From Trichoplax adhaerens (Eukaryota; Animalia; Placozoa): a stretch of 64,000 bases of DNA. The translations under genes were made by a program, and so were the position numbers. Below are positions 25,961 through 39,077 of this stretch, piece after piece. The notes under the pieces are model-generated. The model was not told the origin of the DNA. It searched no databases and was given only the letters and a program-made list of their open reading frames with translations. Location of the stretch: the NCBI RefSeq assembly GCF_000150275.1, contig NW_002060950.1, forward strand, positions 2,344,106 through 2,408,105, read 5' to 3'. The first letter of the stretch is position 1. The number at the start of each line of letters is the position of its first letter.

Positions 25961-27421
25961 GCAATCACTGGCAGGCCGATAAAGATTTAAACTAAGTATT
26001 CCTTAACTGATATTATTATCAGGAAGGGGTATTGTGTTCACATTTACAATTATTATAATACGTACACGCTTGCTTATATTTAGAAGTAAGTCTAGAAAAT
26101 TATTAATTTGCTTATTTTAAATGACGCATAGTAAGGAGTTGCATACTTGCCGATATTAAGGTGTGAGTTTATTAATTAAGCGATTTACTTACTTTAATGG
26201 GGCAATGAAAGAAGTTACTACGCAGGACTGTAGTCCTATCTTTCTGTATTAGGTATGATATACCATATTTTTGTTGTACACTCTTTCAAGTATCTTGTCC
26301 AATGGACTTGTAAACAGCATTTTCTTTACATATTTACTGTCTTAATGTTACACTAGATTAATTGATAATATTTAACAATGGATTTTAATCATTAAACACC
26401 TTATCGTCAGAAGCAAAATAAAGATCATCAAAACTAGATTTTGAATATTTTCATTGGTCACAGCCTATACCAAGATAGAGTAGATCTATACCTCTTGTAG
26501 GATATTTTTCATTGTGCACATGTCTGTATTACCTAGTCTTGATAGCTCTCCTGCTCGATATATACCTCATTTTTCGTTCTTTATGCTGATTAAGTAACCT
26601 AGACAGCAGTACGGTAGTATACGGTGCCAGTTACTTAATCCGAAACGAAAGATTTTGTGATCGTGATAATTGATGACTAATATGCAGATATCTCACAAAC
26701 CACGTTGGCAATGTTTACTTTTCATCGCCAATAAAAGAACAATTGACCTTCAACTGGAGATATTATCATAAAAACTACTGTAGAATTTATAATATATACT
26801 GCTCTTTAATAATCCGATTTGGTGATACTTAGGGCATAAAATTAGAAAATTCTTCAACAAGTGCAGTATTAATTGTTACGATATATTCTTAATGGGACAT
26901 TATGGTATCTAATCAAGAAATTAAATAACGTGATATATTCTCAAGCATAAAGCGAACAAATTATGATAAGTCATAATGCATCAGCAACTGGATATTTTAT
27001 CATCAATTCTGATTTGATCAATGGAAACGAAAACATTTTAACAACAAAAACGGTTGTCGATTTATAACGTTTATTGAACTATTCATCAATAGCATTCAAT
27101 CCAGATAGGTACCGAGATAAACAAAATATCAAGAAATAAGAAGATATTATGATTCTATTTACATTTATATTCCCTTTTTATTGACTTAGAAAAATTACAG
27201 AACAAGTAGCAAAAGTAGATTGTACGATTTTATGTGGTCTTTTTGGTCTATTCGTGTGATACCAACGACTAGTATCATTAATCGTAATTTATCTGTATCT
27301 CTCCATGTAGCTTGAGTTTCGTAGATTTAATATAAATATGAAAATTGTCATAGTTGATAACTTTGATGACGATTTCTAAATAAAATCTGGAAAATTACTC
27401 AGTTGCATGGCTATTGCGCTT

Positions 27422-27553
27422 TATATAACCGATAATGGCCAAGTAATAACTGGCCAATATCGGTAATGGCCAGTCATTACCGGTAATGGCGTAGTAAGGC
27501 GGCCGTCATTACCGGTAATGCTGGGATTACCGACATTGGCCGTAACATATATA
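27422..27553. repeat. GC-richer nested palindromic element
   Basis: Inverted arms GGCCAATATCGGTAAT (27452) and ATTACCGACATTGGCC (to 27541) enclose two copies of the perfect 14 bp palindrome CATTACCGGTAATG. TATATA flanks both sides. Confidence 0.8.
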
Positions 27554-30500
27554 CCATATCAGATAACTATTTAGGTTTATGGCAAGTGAAATTAAAAACA
27601 TACCAAGTTTGATAACTGGCTTGTTCAGATTAATGTACAAATGCAATTGTTGTTTTTCATTATCAGCTTTCATGATAATGTAATTCAAGCAAAGATATTA
27701 ATTTATTTAACATTCTGGTTGGAATTTGGATTACCTTAAAGCTTAAATTAAACCTTTAGTCTAATTATGAACACTTTCGACTTCTACTTCATATATACGA
27801 GTAATATTTCACTGCAAGCTATTTTTTATTACTTAACTTCGATACGATATTTTTAACTTAGCAAAATCTATCTAAATTATGTTGAGTGAAGGTAGCTACA
27901 CATTTATGTTCATAATTAAATCAAATTCAAACAATCTGATTGTCAACATTTTCTACATCATAGGAATGTCGAGTAGACTAAGAAATCGATATTACTGTAG
28001 ACATAATCTATTCTACAGTATAATCATCATCTCACCTATAAAAATTTATTATTGAATCAAAATACTGATCAGAACGTCATTTATTTAGTAAAAATATGCG
28101 ATCGATATGGTTATTCTTCGATTACAATAGCTAACATAATCAAGCAATTTGCTATAAACAGCAAAAATCAATTCTTAGATAACGTGGAAATTTTTTTATT
28201 TATGTGTTATTTTAGATCATAACTAATACATTATGATTAATTTTTTAGCTAGAAATAACATATATATTTGTAAGATCTAGCTTATTTCACTTAGATTAAA
28301 TTAGGCCTCTTTTCTAAAACTAGCAAAAATTATCCTGTATCACAACAATGATACTTCTATCTAGAGTATTATTTTCTAATAGTCACTTAAAAAATCTATC
28401 CGAGGCGTTACAATATTGCATGTATCTGCATATTTATTAGTTGTTACCCGGCCTTTTAAATTCGTTGGATAACTCATAGTTAGGAAAGATAAAATATGTG
28501 TTTTTATATGTCACAAACCAGCTTCGTGACAAACATAAGGTAAAACAAATCTCTGAATTACTGTAGCCTCCGGGATTCAGTTTCCCTTAACTATCTCATA
28601 AGAATTTAGACGCCTTTGCTTCTACGTTAAGCAAATATAGAACTCTGCTTTATTCAACTATCTGCCGAGCTTAAATACCCTTCGGCAGCTGCTATCAGGT
28701 ATGAGTCATAACAGTTCATGAAATTTAGTTCATATTGGATAGATAAATTAATACAGAAATTATTTATCATCTTAGACATGTACTGAACGATTCTAGATGA
28801 TTAGATTACAGTAGGTCTATACACAGAATTATTTATAGTATCCTCTATAATTGAATATCTTCAGAATATTCATCACAAGCGTTACAAGACATAGCATTAT
28901 AATCAATTAACATTAGTTACCTTAGAGAGCTCTTACGACACTACAGCATAATTTACTGTAACAAAATACTAATTACTGTAGTTCTTACTGTAAGTCATTA
29001 TTAGTTATCTTCATATATTAATGTTAAGCACTAAATTTAGTCATTTAGTCTTCACGGTGGTTTGCACCGTGACATTATGAAACAGCAAATCCGAAAACAT
29101 CATCAGTCTAAGTCTTCCATATCTGCTTACCATATATTAAATTAAAAATTGATAATGCAATAACTGATAAGGTTTGAAATTAATGTAGCAGTAATTCGAT
29201 AGCGCTGCGAATGTCTTCAGTTTTATTTATTCAAATGATAATTTGATTATGAACCGGCAGATCTAAAATGGTATAGTGAATGATGATAAGAGATGAAGTT
29301 AAATATTATTAAATGATGTCTGTAATAATTATTTATCGACTATTTTCATTTTAGGTATCGAACATTTACTATTTTAATTATAGAGTAATCAGGCAAATTA
29401 GCTTACATGTAATTGAAGCAGATGTCTTAATTAGATATGAAATAGTTGTAGTTCCCACAGTTGAACTGAAGATCATCACTTTAACTTTGCGACTTTTGAA
29501 AAGCATGTCTTGATTTTTTCCAGGTTACGGTTTAGCCTCTACAGGTATATTTTAATGTAGGGGTAAAAGTTTGTGAACGTCAATAATGGATGCATCAAAA
29601 TTTATTTCAAGCTGATATATAATTATCATCATATAAGGGAAACTTTTAACTTTTTGTGAATGAAATTTTAATGTATGAAGTAAAATGGAAGACGAGAAAA
29701 TGTTTTGTATTTGTCAGATCACAGTATACGCGTAGACATTTGATAAAAAGGTCATAATTTAGTGTTGTGAAGTCATTGTAAGAAATAGATTAAAGCAGAT
29801 AAATAGATTCTTCATAATATGAATAATATTATGAAGTAGTACGATGCTAATTTCTCTGCCTATCCTTTCCCATAAATACTACGCACGTATACAGTGACGT
29901 TCTAAGATTATGTAATACCATTATCAATTACTACTTCGTTTTATTATTTTAAAAATACGGATATAACTTACGTACAAAGTATTCTAAAATAGGTTCTGAA
30001 TACCACGTTATGAATTAGAAATTGTCCGCTAAATTGAATTTGAACTTAAGTTCAAGGAATTAAATTCCGGTCATGCATTGAATTAAACTTTTCTTCTACG
30101 TTCGTTAGTAGTATTTCCCTAATAGAATTGATTTTCTCTATTATTATGCATTATTCCGACAACCGAAAACGTTAAAACGTGACATGGTTTAAAACGTAAG
30201 GGATGAAAGTAGTAGATGATTGAAATTATTGATGTTGATTATTACTATTTATATAACATAATTTCCTAATAAGTAAGCTAATTTTAGGGACCTAAATATT
30301 ATATTAATCTATAGCGTGCATTGAGATACTTGCCATGATAACTAGACTGACTGGATTTCATACACTGATTTATCATCAACAGCCATAGTATGAATTGATC
30401 CAAACTTGAAAATGATAAAGATAATTAGTTAATTACGAAAATCAATTTTTCTTTAGATGATAACGTTGATAAGGTTCAGATCAATTTATTTATCTATAGA

Positions 30501-33500
30501 AGAAATTAAACCCTAATCAAGGTATTTGATTTATGATTTATTTAGATAAGAAAATAATTTACCTCTTGATATTCATGGCATGGTATCTACTCAATTAGGT
30601 AAAAATATTTTCGAAATATTATTTTACACAGTAGAACGATTTTAGGCATTATTTTAAGTTAATTATTTTGTTTTCATGGTCGCACATTAAAATAACTCGA
30701 CAGGATAACATTCAAGGTAAAACATTGTCTCGATGGTATGAGCAATAATTCGATAGATCAAGCAGCAATTGCATTAATATTGTTTCGCTTGCATGTTATG
30801 AAGGTGACAACTTTTATCAATAGATACTCTACAACTCAGAATAATTACCACGAAGGGTTAAGCTAAGTCATTAATTCAATTATATCATTAACTCAAGAAC
30901 GATTTGACAACATCAACAATTAAGTACAGCATTTTAATATTGAAACACAAATTTCTACCTTCCACATTTTGTTTACGCTTGAGTAAGTAAGAATTATTAT
31001 ATTACAGGCAAAAACAATCATATGCAGATAGAAACATGATGATAAAAGAAATGGTTTTGGAACTTTTCAATTTTGATTATTTACTTCCCTATATAGTTGC
31101 TACAACACAATTTTATTTGCTGTAGCAACAACAAACGTAGATTTTGAGTAGACTTTAGCTGCTCATAGCAATCAATTGCTTAAGGGATACCTTGTCTATA
31201 TAATGGTGTTTCAATTTTCGTAAGTCATACAGATAGAAATAAATTGCTAAGACATCAAGTATTATCAGCATTTCTTATACTCATTTAAGTACTAAAGCAA
31301 TCTATTGATCCTGATTGAGTTCTATAAAAAAGGCGATAAGGTACCTAGGTATCGAATATGCCATTAGTGGTCAACGTAAACGATATGATCGGTGTTGTAC
31401 CAAAACTAGCATTGCTATACGGCTAGGAGATCCTGACTAAATTCAGAATAGTGGATGAGTAACACAGATCGCAAATACATCACGTTATATAATCTAGGAT
31501 AATTGTAAATTTTATGAGGTCAATTTACGTATGTCGAAATAATAAACGGATAATTTTAAACTTGTCATCATTCAGTTATGATATTTGAGGTGGAATTAAT
31601 TTACAAAAAACATAAAGCTACTATTATTTAAAGTACTTTAATTCGTAATAAGGATATGTTTATAATATCAATAGAAATATACGGAAGATGACTTGAAGAA
31701 AAATGACGGTAAAAGAAGATATTTTTATTGCACTATCAATTAAGTCACGTAATGATTCTGAAAGTTTATGATGACTTCGATACATGTTACAGAGCATATG
31801 ACGAATATTTTCTTCAAAGCAATTACCCCGTCGAACAATCGCTATCGATTTGATAACTTCACTTTCCTAATGCAAAGCTACTAGAAATTGGAATAATTCT
31901 TCAAAGTTGATAAAATAAAATTGGAGATGAACTTGCATTTAAATTAAAATCAAATGAATAGATATTATTGACCGGTATAACGAATCAGGGCTGAATAGTT
32001 TATAATAGGCTATCAATTGGCCCTTATTTTATATTTGTAATTGATGTAGTGTTTAGAAACACGTCAATAAATAAGTAAATAGAATACACTAGAATTTGTT
32101 GTAATATCGTTTGATTATTAATGGCACAATTTTGCTAGCAGTTTACCCCAATATCGAGGAGAAGCTGTAGAGACGATCTTACAATCAATAACTTTATTGA
32201 AAGCATTGACTATGACATTACATTAAAAGACACAGTAATAATTGAATGATAATCAGAAATTAAAAGTATAAACTACAATTTTATATATTTTCGTGACTTT
32301 TATCAAGTTCACATCCTAGTATCAAATAGAATATTATCGTAATCGCCGTTAAAGTAAATAAATTTCATTTCTTTTAAAAATAATAGAAAAACTAGCTGAA
32401 GGAAATGCAGGCACAAACAGACATCGCATAAATAGCAACGGCTCATAATTTCAAAATCAAATTTTTGCTTTGTTATTCTTTAAATTAGTTAAACCAATGG
32501 AAGATTGCTTAACTAACCATGGATTAACAATAATTCAGCATTGAAATTATTGTATAATTAAGGCCTTGTCTAGACTGTGCTGAATAGATGAATAATCAAG
32601 ACAGAGGCATCTTATTTTCGGCTAATAAGATGTTGATTGAAGTCCTTTTAAACTATATCATTCTCTCTACTTCACATTAGAAATAATTTAAATGAATACT
32701 AATGATGTTGATAGTAACGAAGTAAAATATTGTCGAGGATAATGATGATAGATTTCATTCCTATAAATTAAATCAATAGCTTGAGTTATCAGCCGAGCCC
32801 CTTTTTTGCTTTTACTTTTCCTATTATCTATGCAGTTTACCATAGCTATGGAATACTGTATATATTTCATCTTTCTAGCTTCATAGATAGGCGAATATTT
32901 TCTATTATCATTCATTCAAGGCATGATCACGTTGGAAAATTGTTTACTTAGTGTATTTTTCTATCATGATCTATACTAAACCGGAAAGTTCAAGAAAGCA
33001 ATATGACATAAACGAAAACGATTGATGGAATAGTCTAATTTTAAACTAACGACTCCAGCACGTCTATTAGGATAAAAATGTTATATAATATAACTTTGAA
33101 ATCATTTTTGGATTCAATCAATCACTTGATTGTTATCATCTTGCAAAGTTTCATAGCTGATCCTTTTATTCTTAATAATCAAAATATATTCAATGCAATT
33201 ATCAATCCCAACAATAAAGGGTAGTCGTATTTCCAATTAAGATAAATCCATTGTCGATGATAGGATAGTTATTATTTTCTATAGTCGACCAATTCTTGAC
33301 TTTATTATTGTTTCTTTCATTTTTTATCCAACATTATCAATATTAATTGATCGAAATACTGCTCATTGTCCACAGTATCCCTATAAATAGCGAACAAAAT
33401 AGCTAATAAGCACAGTTGTAATCGTTCATCAACTTGACCAACACATAGAAACTCGTAGCATCTATTGCAAAAATAGTCATTCCTAAAATTAGAAAAAGAC

Positions 33501-33658
33501 TTATACTTTCTTAAGCTAATATTTCATTCCATCGCATTATTTAAGCTTAATCAGTTAAGCTATATGGTCCTACAGGATAGAAAAGGTAAAATTGATGGTT
33601 AGCAAATTTATGCATCAATCGATCTATCACTGCTTTTCATCATTTATTTGATCTGAAC

Positions 33659-36600
33659 ATGAGTTGTCTATTTGCAGCAATAACGAGCTCACTACAGCTA
33701 GGTACAATCGTTGAATCGCCTCGATATCCTACTGATAAAGCTATGGCTAGTCAGCAGTATTATTCAGCTTTGACTCAAGGTAAATCGAACGTATATAGGT
33801 TAAATTAGGATTTTATTCAGCATCGATAATTAGAATGTAGACCTTTTTACTACGAGGTAACCTCATATAACACTACCCAATAAGAGGCAACATAGTAGAT
33901 CAAAGGAGCCTATTTTATTAGTATTACTTTAACTAAGATTGATCAATAATATGCGATAGATTATGACATTTTTCTACTGCGTGTTAAATGATTAAGTGCA
34001 GCCGCCATTATCTTATCATGCATCGAAATTATTAATCTATGTAATAGTACAAATTGGAACAATTTATTGCCTTATTTAATATTGTAGTTAATCAGTAACT
34101 TTAAAAGTTTTCCCGTATAATTTTTAACTTGATAGTAGTTGACCTACTTAAATCTATTAAGATGTGATTAATTCTTATTTATTACAAAATTATAAGCCTA
34201 TATATCGCCTATAAATCGATCGAACAACGGTCTTGAATTTTTACTGTCTGTTTTCCTCTGATGAAAAACCCTATTATCAGCTCTTTATTTATGTTGTACT
34301 GATCTCTTTACTAGACCACCAAATCAACATTCCACCGACGAATATACGAACAAAATCAGCTGAAGACAAGATAGTAGGTGATGGGAATATAGCCAGCCCA
34401 ACTAAAAGGCGTCGTTATCGTAAGTCGATGTCTAATCCGCTATTTACGTCGTCGAGTATACCGAAATCGCCATATCTTCCAGCAATGAGTGGAAAGAAAC
34501 ATATCTCGTTACCCGAACTGAATGAACAAACCAATTTGACCACCAATCGGATAGCATGGAAAAATAGCGATATGTTTAAATCATCGAATAATATCAATGC
34601 GGTTGCAACACCTACTTATAATCGGAAAGAATATTTGAAAAAGCGAGTAACCTTTGCAACCCATTTAGAAACTGATAATAACGAAGATAGTCAACATCAA
34701 AATACCCAACAGAAGGCTTTTCGATCCCGCAAAATCAGTAAGTTCATAGCAGAAAATAATAGTTTACATTTTTCTCAACGTGCATATTGTCTACCTTGTA
34801 TCTTACCTTGATATTGCCTAAAGTCATAGAAGTCTTCCTAGTTAGAAGTCAATATTATGTTTTTACTACACTTAAGCGGTGTATTTCGTCATAAAATTGT
34901 GGAAAAAGAGGCGGAGAAGGAAGTAAAATAACCCTATAGGATGTTTATACAAACAAAATACAGTAGCTTCAAGCAGTTAAAAAAATTAGACTATTTTACT
35001 CTATGAACAATAGAATCGCTGCGTAATTGATAGACAATACCTGATATTCCTTTTCAGACAATATTGCTGAGCTGGAACTATTTAAATAAAAAATATAATC
35101 GTTACGCCGCAATATTGTAGGTTATTCATAGTTTAACATTTTATGCTATATCGCCCAAGGATAATCTTATTCTTTTGACAATAATACTAGTCTTTGCTAA
35201 AATTTAGAGTAATCAATGATCGTCAATAAGGTATCATAACAATATCAATTCAATTCATAGAACTTTTAAATTAATAATATTCTAGTTTTCTTTCAACATT
35301 ATCACTCCTATCTAGCTTGAAAATGAGATTGCTATTCTTAATTGTGAAACGATTGATTTTGATATTTGATATCATCTTCATTTAAGCGCATTTGCAAGGT
35401 AATTGGGGTTATATTACATTCTCATTGACAAAAATTATTCAGTTAATTATCAACGCTAATTTATGTCCATTTACAGAATAGACGCATAAAATTGTTTTAG
35501 AGTGAAGCTATTGTATAGAGTATCTGAATGGATTTGATAACATTAATTATTAGTTTGATGCCAGTATATTCTTTAAATTTTCCACCTAATTTATTGCAAG
35601 GCTTAAGGCAATTTAATCTTCTGGCAATACATAAGAATTGATCTCGATTAATCTGCACAGTTTTATTCAGGACTGATTAAGTATTTACTTGCATTTGGTT
35701 TTGAATCAAAAGAATTTACCGGTATTTTATATTACGATTTTTCATCAATAACGCACCCGTATGCGGTGCTATAAGCTGTGGAGTATTATAATTAGTTTTT
35801 AGTAGGCTTAAACTTAGCAAAGTTGATAAAACAATTCACCAACAGGAACAAAAATAAATTGATTAAGAATGATATTATCCCATTTTATGTGTATGTATGG
35901 AAACGTCATAGTGCTCTACGTTTCTAACTTAAAATTAATCGCATCCATACGCCACATTTTGACTAAAGTAATTAAGGTATCCATGCAATTTTAGTTTTAA
36001 AAGCCCATATGAACTTTTAATATTTGAAGAACGATTTACTACCATCATTCCTTTATTCGTATTTAGCTTTAATTAATTATAATCATTTCGAAATATTTTA
36101 CCAATTTTCTAGAATGACCAATTCAACGCTATGCAAGTGATTATCTATTTTCTTAATAAAATACTTAAACACAGGAGTAATTCCCTTTAATAATTAATGA
36201 CAATCTGAAGAAATTGTGTAATAAAGTTAAAAATGGTCTCTTGGATGCTTCTGCATTACAAAAACATATATCGGCAAAAATGATAATTTCTTATAGTTAT
36301 TTTCTTATTTTTCAAACTTAACTGATCAACATATCCCTAATTACAGCTTAGAATTACTGGTAGTACTTGTAATTGAGCGCTTATTTCACTCTTAAAACAA
36401 ATATGCCACCATAATAATTACTGTATTAAAATAAATTGAAGAAAATAGCATTAATAAAATCTAAAAACGATTATCGCTTTATTAGTAAAAATTCTTGTAG
36501 CTGACGATTTCCTTCCATTTGCCACTATTAAATTACAGGCGATCCAATTCGACCCATCCTGAAAAATGATAACAGAAGATTACGACGATTAAGTTCATTA

Positions 36601-36939
36601 GAAGATTGTTCATCGCCATCAATGCATAAAATTCAAACCTTTGAGCCAAAAATTACTCCATTCAATTCGAGTGATTCATTAGATTTGACTTATCAATCGT
36701 TAAAGGGTAAACACAATGATCAATATGGTATTCCAACCACAACCAAGTTAGCTCAGGCTCAAGCTAACGCTATAAAATTACGTAAAATTATTCGATCGAT
36801 GTCAAATGAATCGAATGCTGCTTTCAGTGGACAGGTTAAGCCAGCCAAGAAAACATTGCCAGGTCGTAATGTTGCTTTAAGCATATCAAACGGCTTACGT
36901 AAATTAAAAAATGAAGCTCATCTATATTTAATTAAGTAA
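33659..36939 (+). CDS. Uncharacterised basic, Ser-rich disordered protein (~314 aa) with RVxF motif
   Basis: Exons 33659-33779 (CAAG|gtaaat), 34315-34737 (ctag|; ATCA|gtaagt) and 36539-36939 (ttacag|), both introns phase 1. This joins ORFs 34233-34811 and 36622-36939 into one 945 nt frame. No recognisable domain. Confidence 0.7.
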
Positions 36940-38856
36940 AATTATATAAAATACAAATAAATTCATGAACCATCTCTATTATTTCAAATTTAAGATTTAT
37001 TCTCTATTTTTAATATCGTCACTAATCTTTAATTAATTTAGCTGCTTTGTCGACTGATTTTGTATATAGTTTTAAAATACCTTGATATCACGTATTATTG
37101 ATCACTAAAGCCCTGCGATGTACTTATAAATAACTGGAGCAGTAAAGCGTTATATATTTGATCATGTTTATATTACATTAATAATACTAGTCTAACAACC
37201 TTTTTATGATACCCGTGTATGTGTTTACCGAATACGTGTAACATAGTATTATAATCGTGAAAAATTTATTCGAGATCAAGGTAAAACAAATCAAGAAAAA
37301 TATTAGTCTATCAGTGATATCTCATCTGGATGTCTGCTGTACAAATTGAACTTGTGCGTACATTATTTTGCTAGCTCAGGTTAATTTTACTATTTTGTTG
37401 TGGCTTTAGTTCCTCACTAAGCTTTCAACATTTTCGGCAGCTATCTATAAATAATTAATCACTTAACTACTAAAAAGTAATATTAACGCTGGTTCATAAG
37501 CAATAGTATTTTGATTACTGTGTCTTAAATGTGAATTTATTGATTGTCACCATGTAAGACTTCTGTATTATACCGCCTATGAATTATAAATTAAAGCTAT
37601 TTTGAAAAATTTTGAAGCATTATATTGACTTTGTGTAGATATTAAATTGAGCTACGTATAAAAGCAATAAGATATGGGCAGGTGAAAATGCCATTTTCTT
37701 ACCCAGTTATCATATACCCGCATATCTTAATGGCACACAATATAGGTCTACCCGTATTATTGCCAAAAATTACTGTCGTGGGTTAATTATTTATCAGATC
37801 GAGTGTCGCAACCCTCACTTGTGGCAAAGGAAAGTAAAGAACTCTAGTGTAGTTACTTAAAACTTGGGCTATTTCTCCCAGTACTTTCAGTTTCTATGAG
37901 AGAAGTATTCGAGAACTCGATTTCTCGGCTGATCTCCACAGACAACTGACTAATTATTACACTATTCTTCACGATATGAGTCTCGCCGTTTCTTGAGCAA
38001 TTACTAACTTTATTTTACAAACACACGCGCTTAAATAGGTTTCTACAGTGAATTCCAATATTAACGAGTAAGAATGCATGCCTTACAACTTACATTAATT
38101 AGTATAATACCATTACTAAATATACATGTCGATATTCTCAGACTTAGATAGCTATAAGCTATCAGGTTTTAAGACGCTTAACCTTCGTCCATATACGGCT
38201 CAATTTTTAGAGATTAACACACCTTATAAACCTATAGTAAATTAACTGCTAACAACTTCTATTTTTAACTCATTTCCACCATCCTATTATCAGCTACAAG
38301 CGCATTAAACATAGCACATAACCTTATCTTATCTATTCATAAGCATTCATTAATCGACAGTTACTTAATTAGTAACGGCGTACCGTGACATCGAGTAATA
38401 AATGACTACTATTTAATGATAATAGAAATATATTGCAGGTTTACATTACGATCAAATGATGTTTGTGGCGTCTAACAATTTTGCTTGGTCCTTTTTCCTA
38501 TCAATTTAGTATTAAAATTCGATAGTTTCACCTATTGCTTTATATAAATATGGCATTATGTCCAATCCTTAATATTTATGGATCTCTTAACACAAACTAG
38601 GAAACAAATTTGGAATTGGCATACCAATGACTATGCAGTACCTTTCTTAACTGTGTAAACAAATATACTGCATATTTTTAACAACTAGTTCAGATACTAA
38701 CTGATTAACTACCAACTGCAACGACTGATATGCAGTCGTTTCCATACTACGCCACGGATTCCTTATTGATGAGTTCAATCATTTGAAAAAGTGCTAAACA
38801 GTAGCGCTGACTATTTACTGTATGGCATGAGTTATTTGATACGTTGGTAACTGCAC

Positions 38857-39077
38857 CGTATGTTCCTATCATCAGTATTTTACATCAAATATATAATTAC
38901 AGCAGACTAGATTTAATATCTATACCGCATTTTCCTATCATCAGTGTAATACACCAAAGTACATAATTACAGTAGACTAGATTGAATATTATGCAATAGC
39001 CCGAAGATAACGTATGTTCCTATCGGTTTACTACACCAAATATATAATTACAACAGACATAGATTCAATATTTATAC
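38857..39077. repeat. Degenerate tandem repeat, 3 copies of ~68-85 bp
   Basis: CGTATGTTCCTATC...TACAyCAAA..AyATAATTACA..AGAC.AGATT.AATAT recurs at ~38857, 38926 and 39011. Confidence 0.85.

Noticed and set aside
30040-30055. Perfect 16 bp palindrome TTGAACTTAAGTTCAA (similar small hairpins at ~10976, ~31097, ~54640)
   Set aside because: Isolated short AT-rich palindromes with no supporting context.
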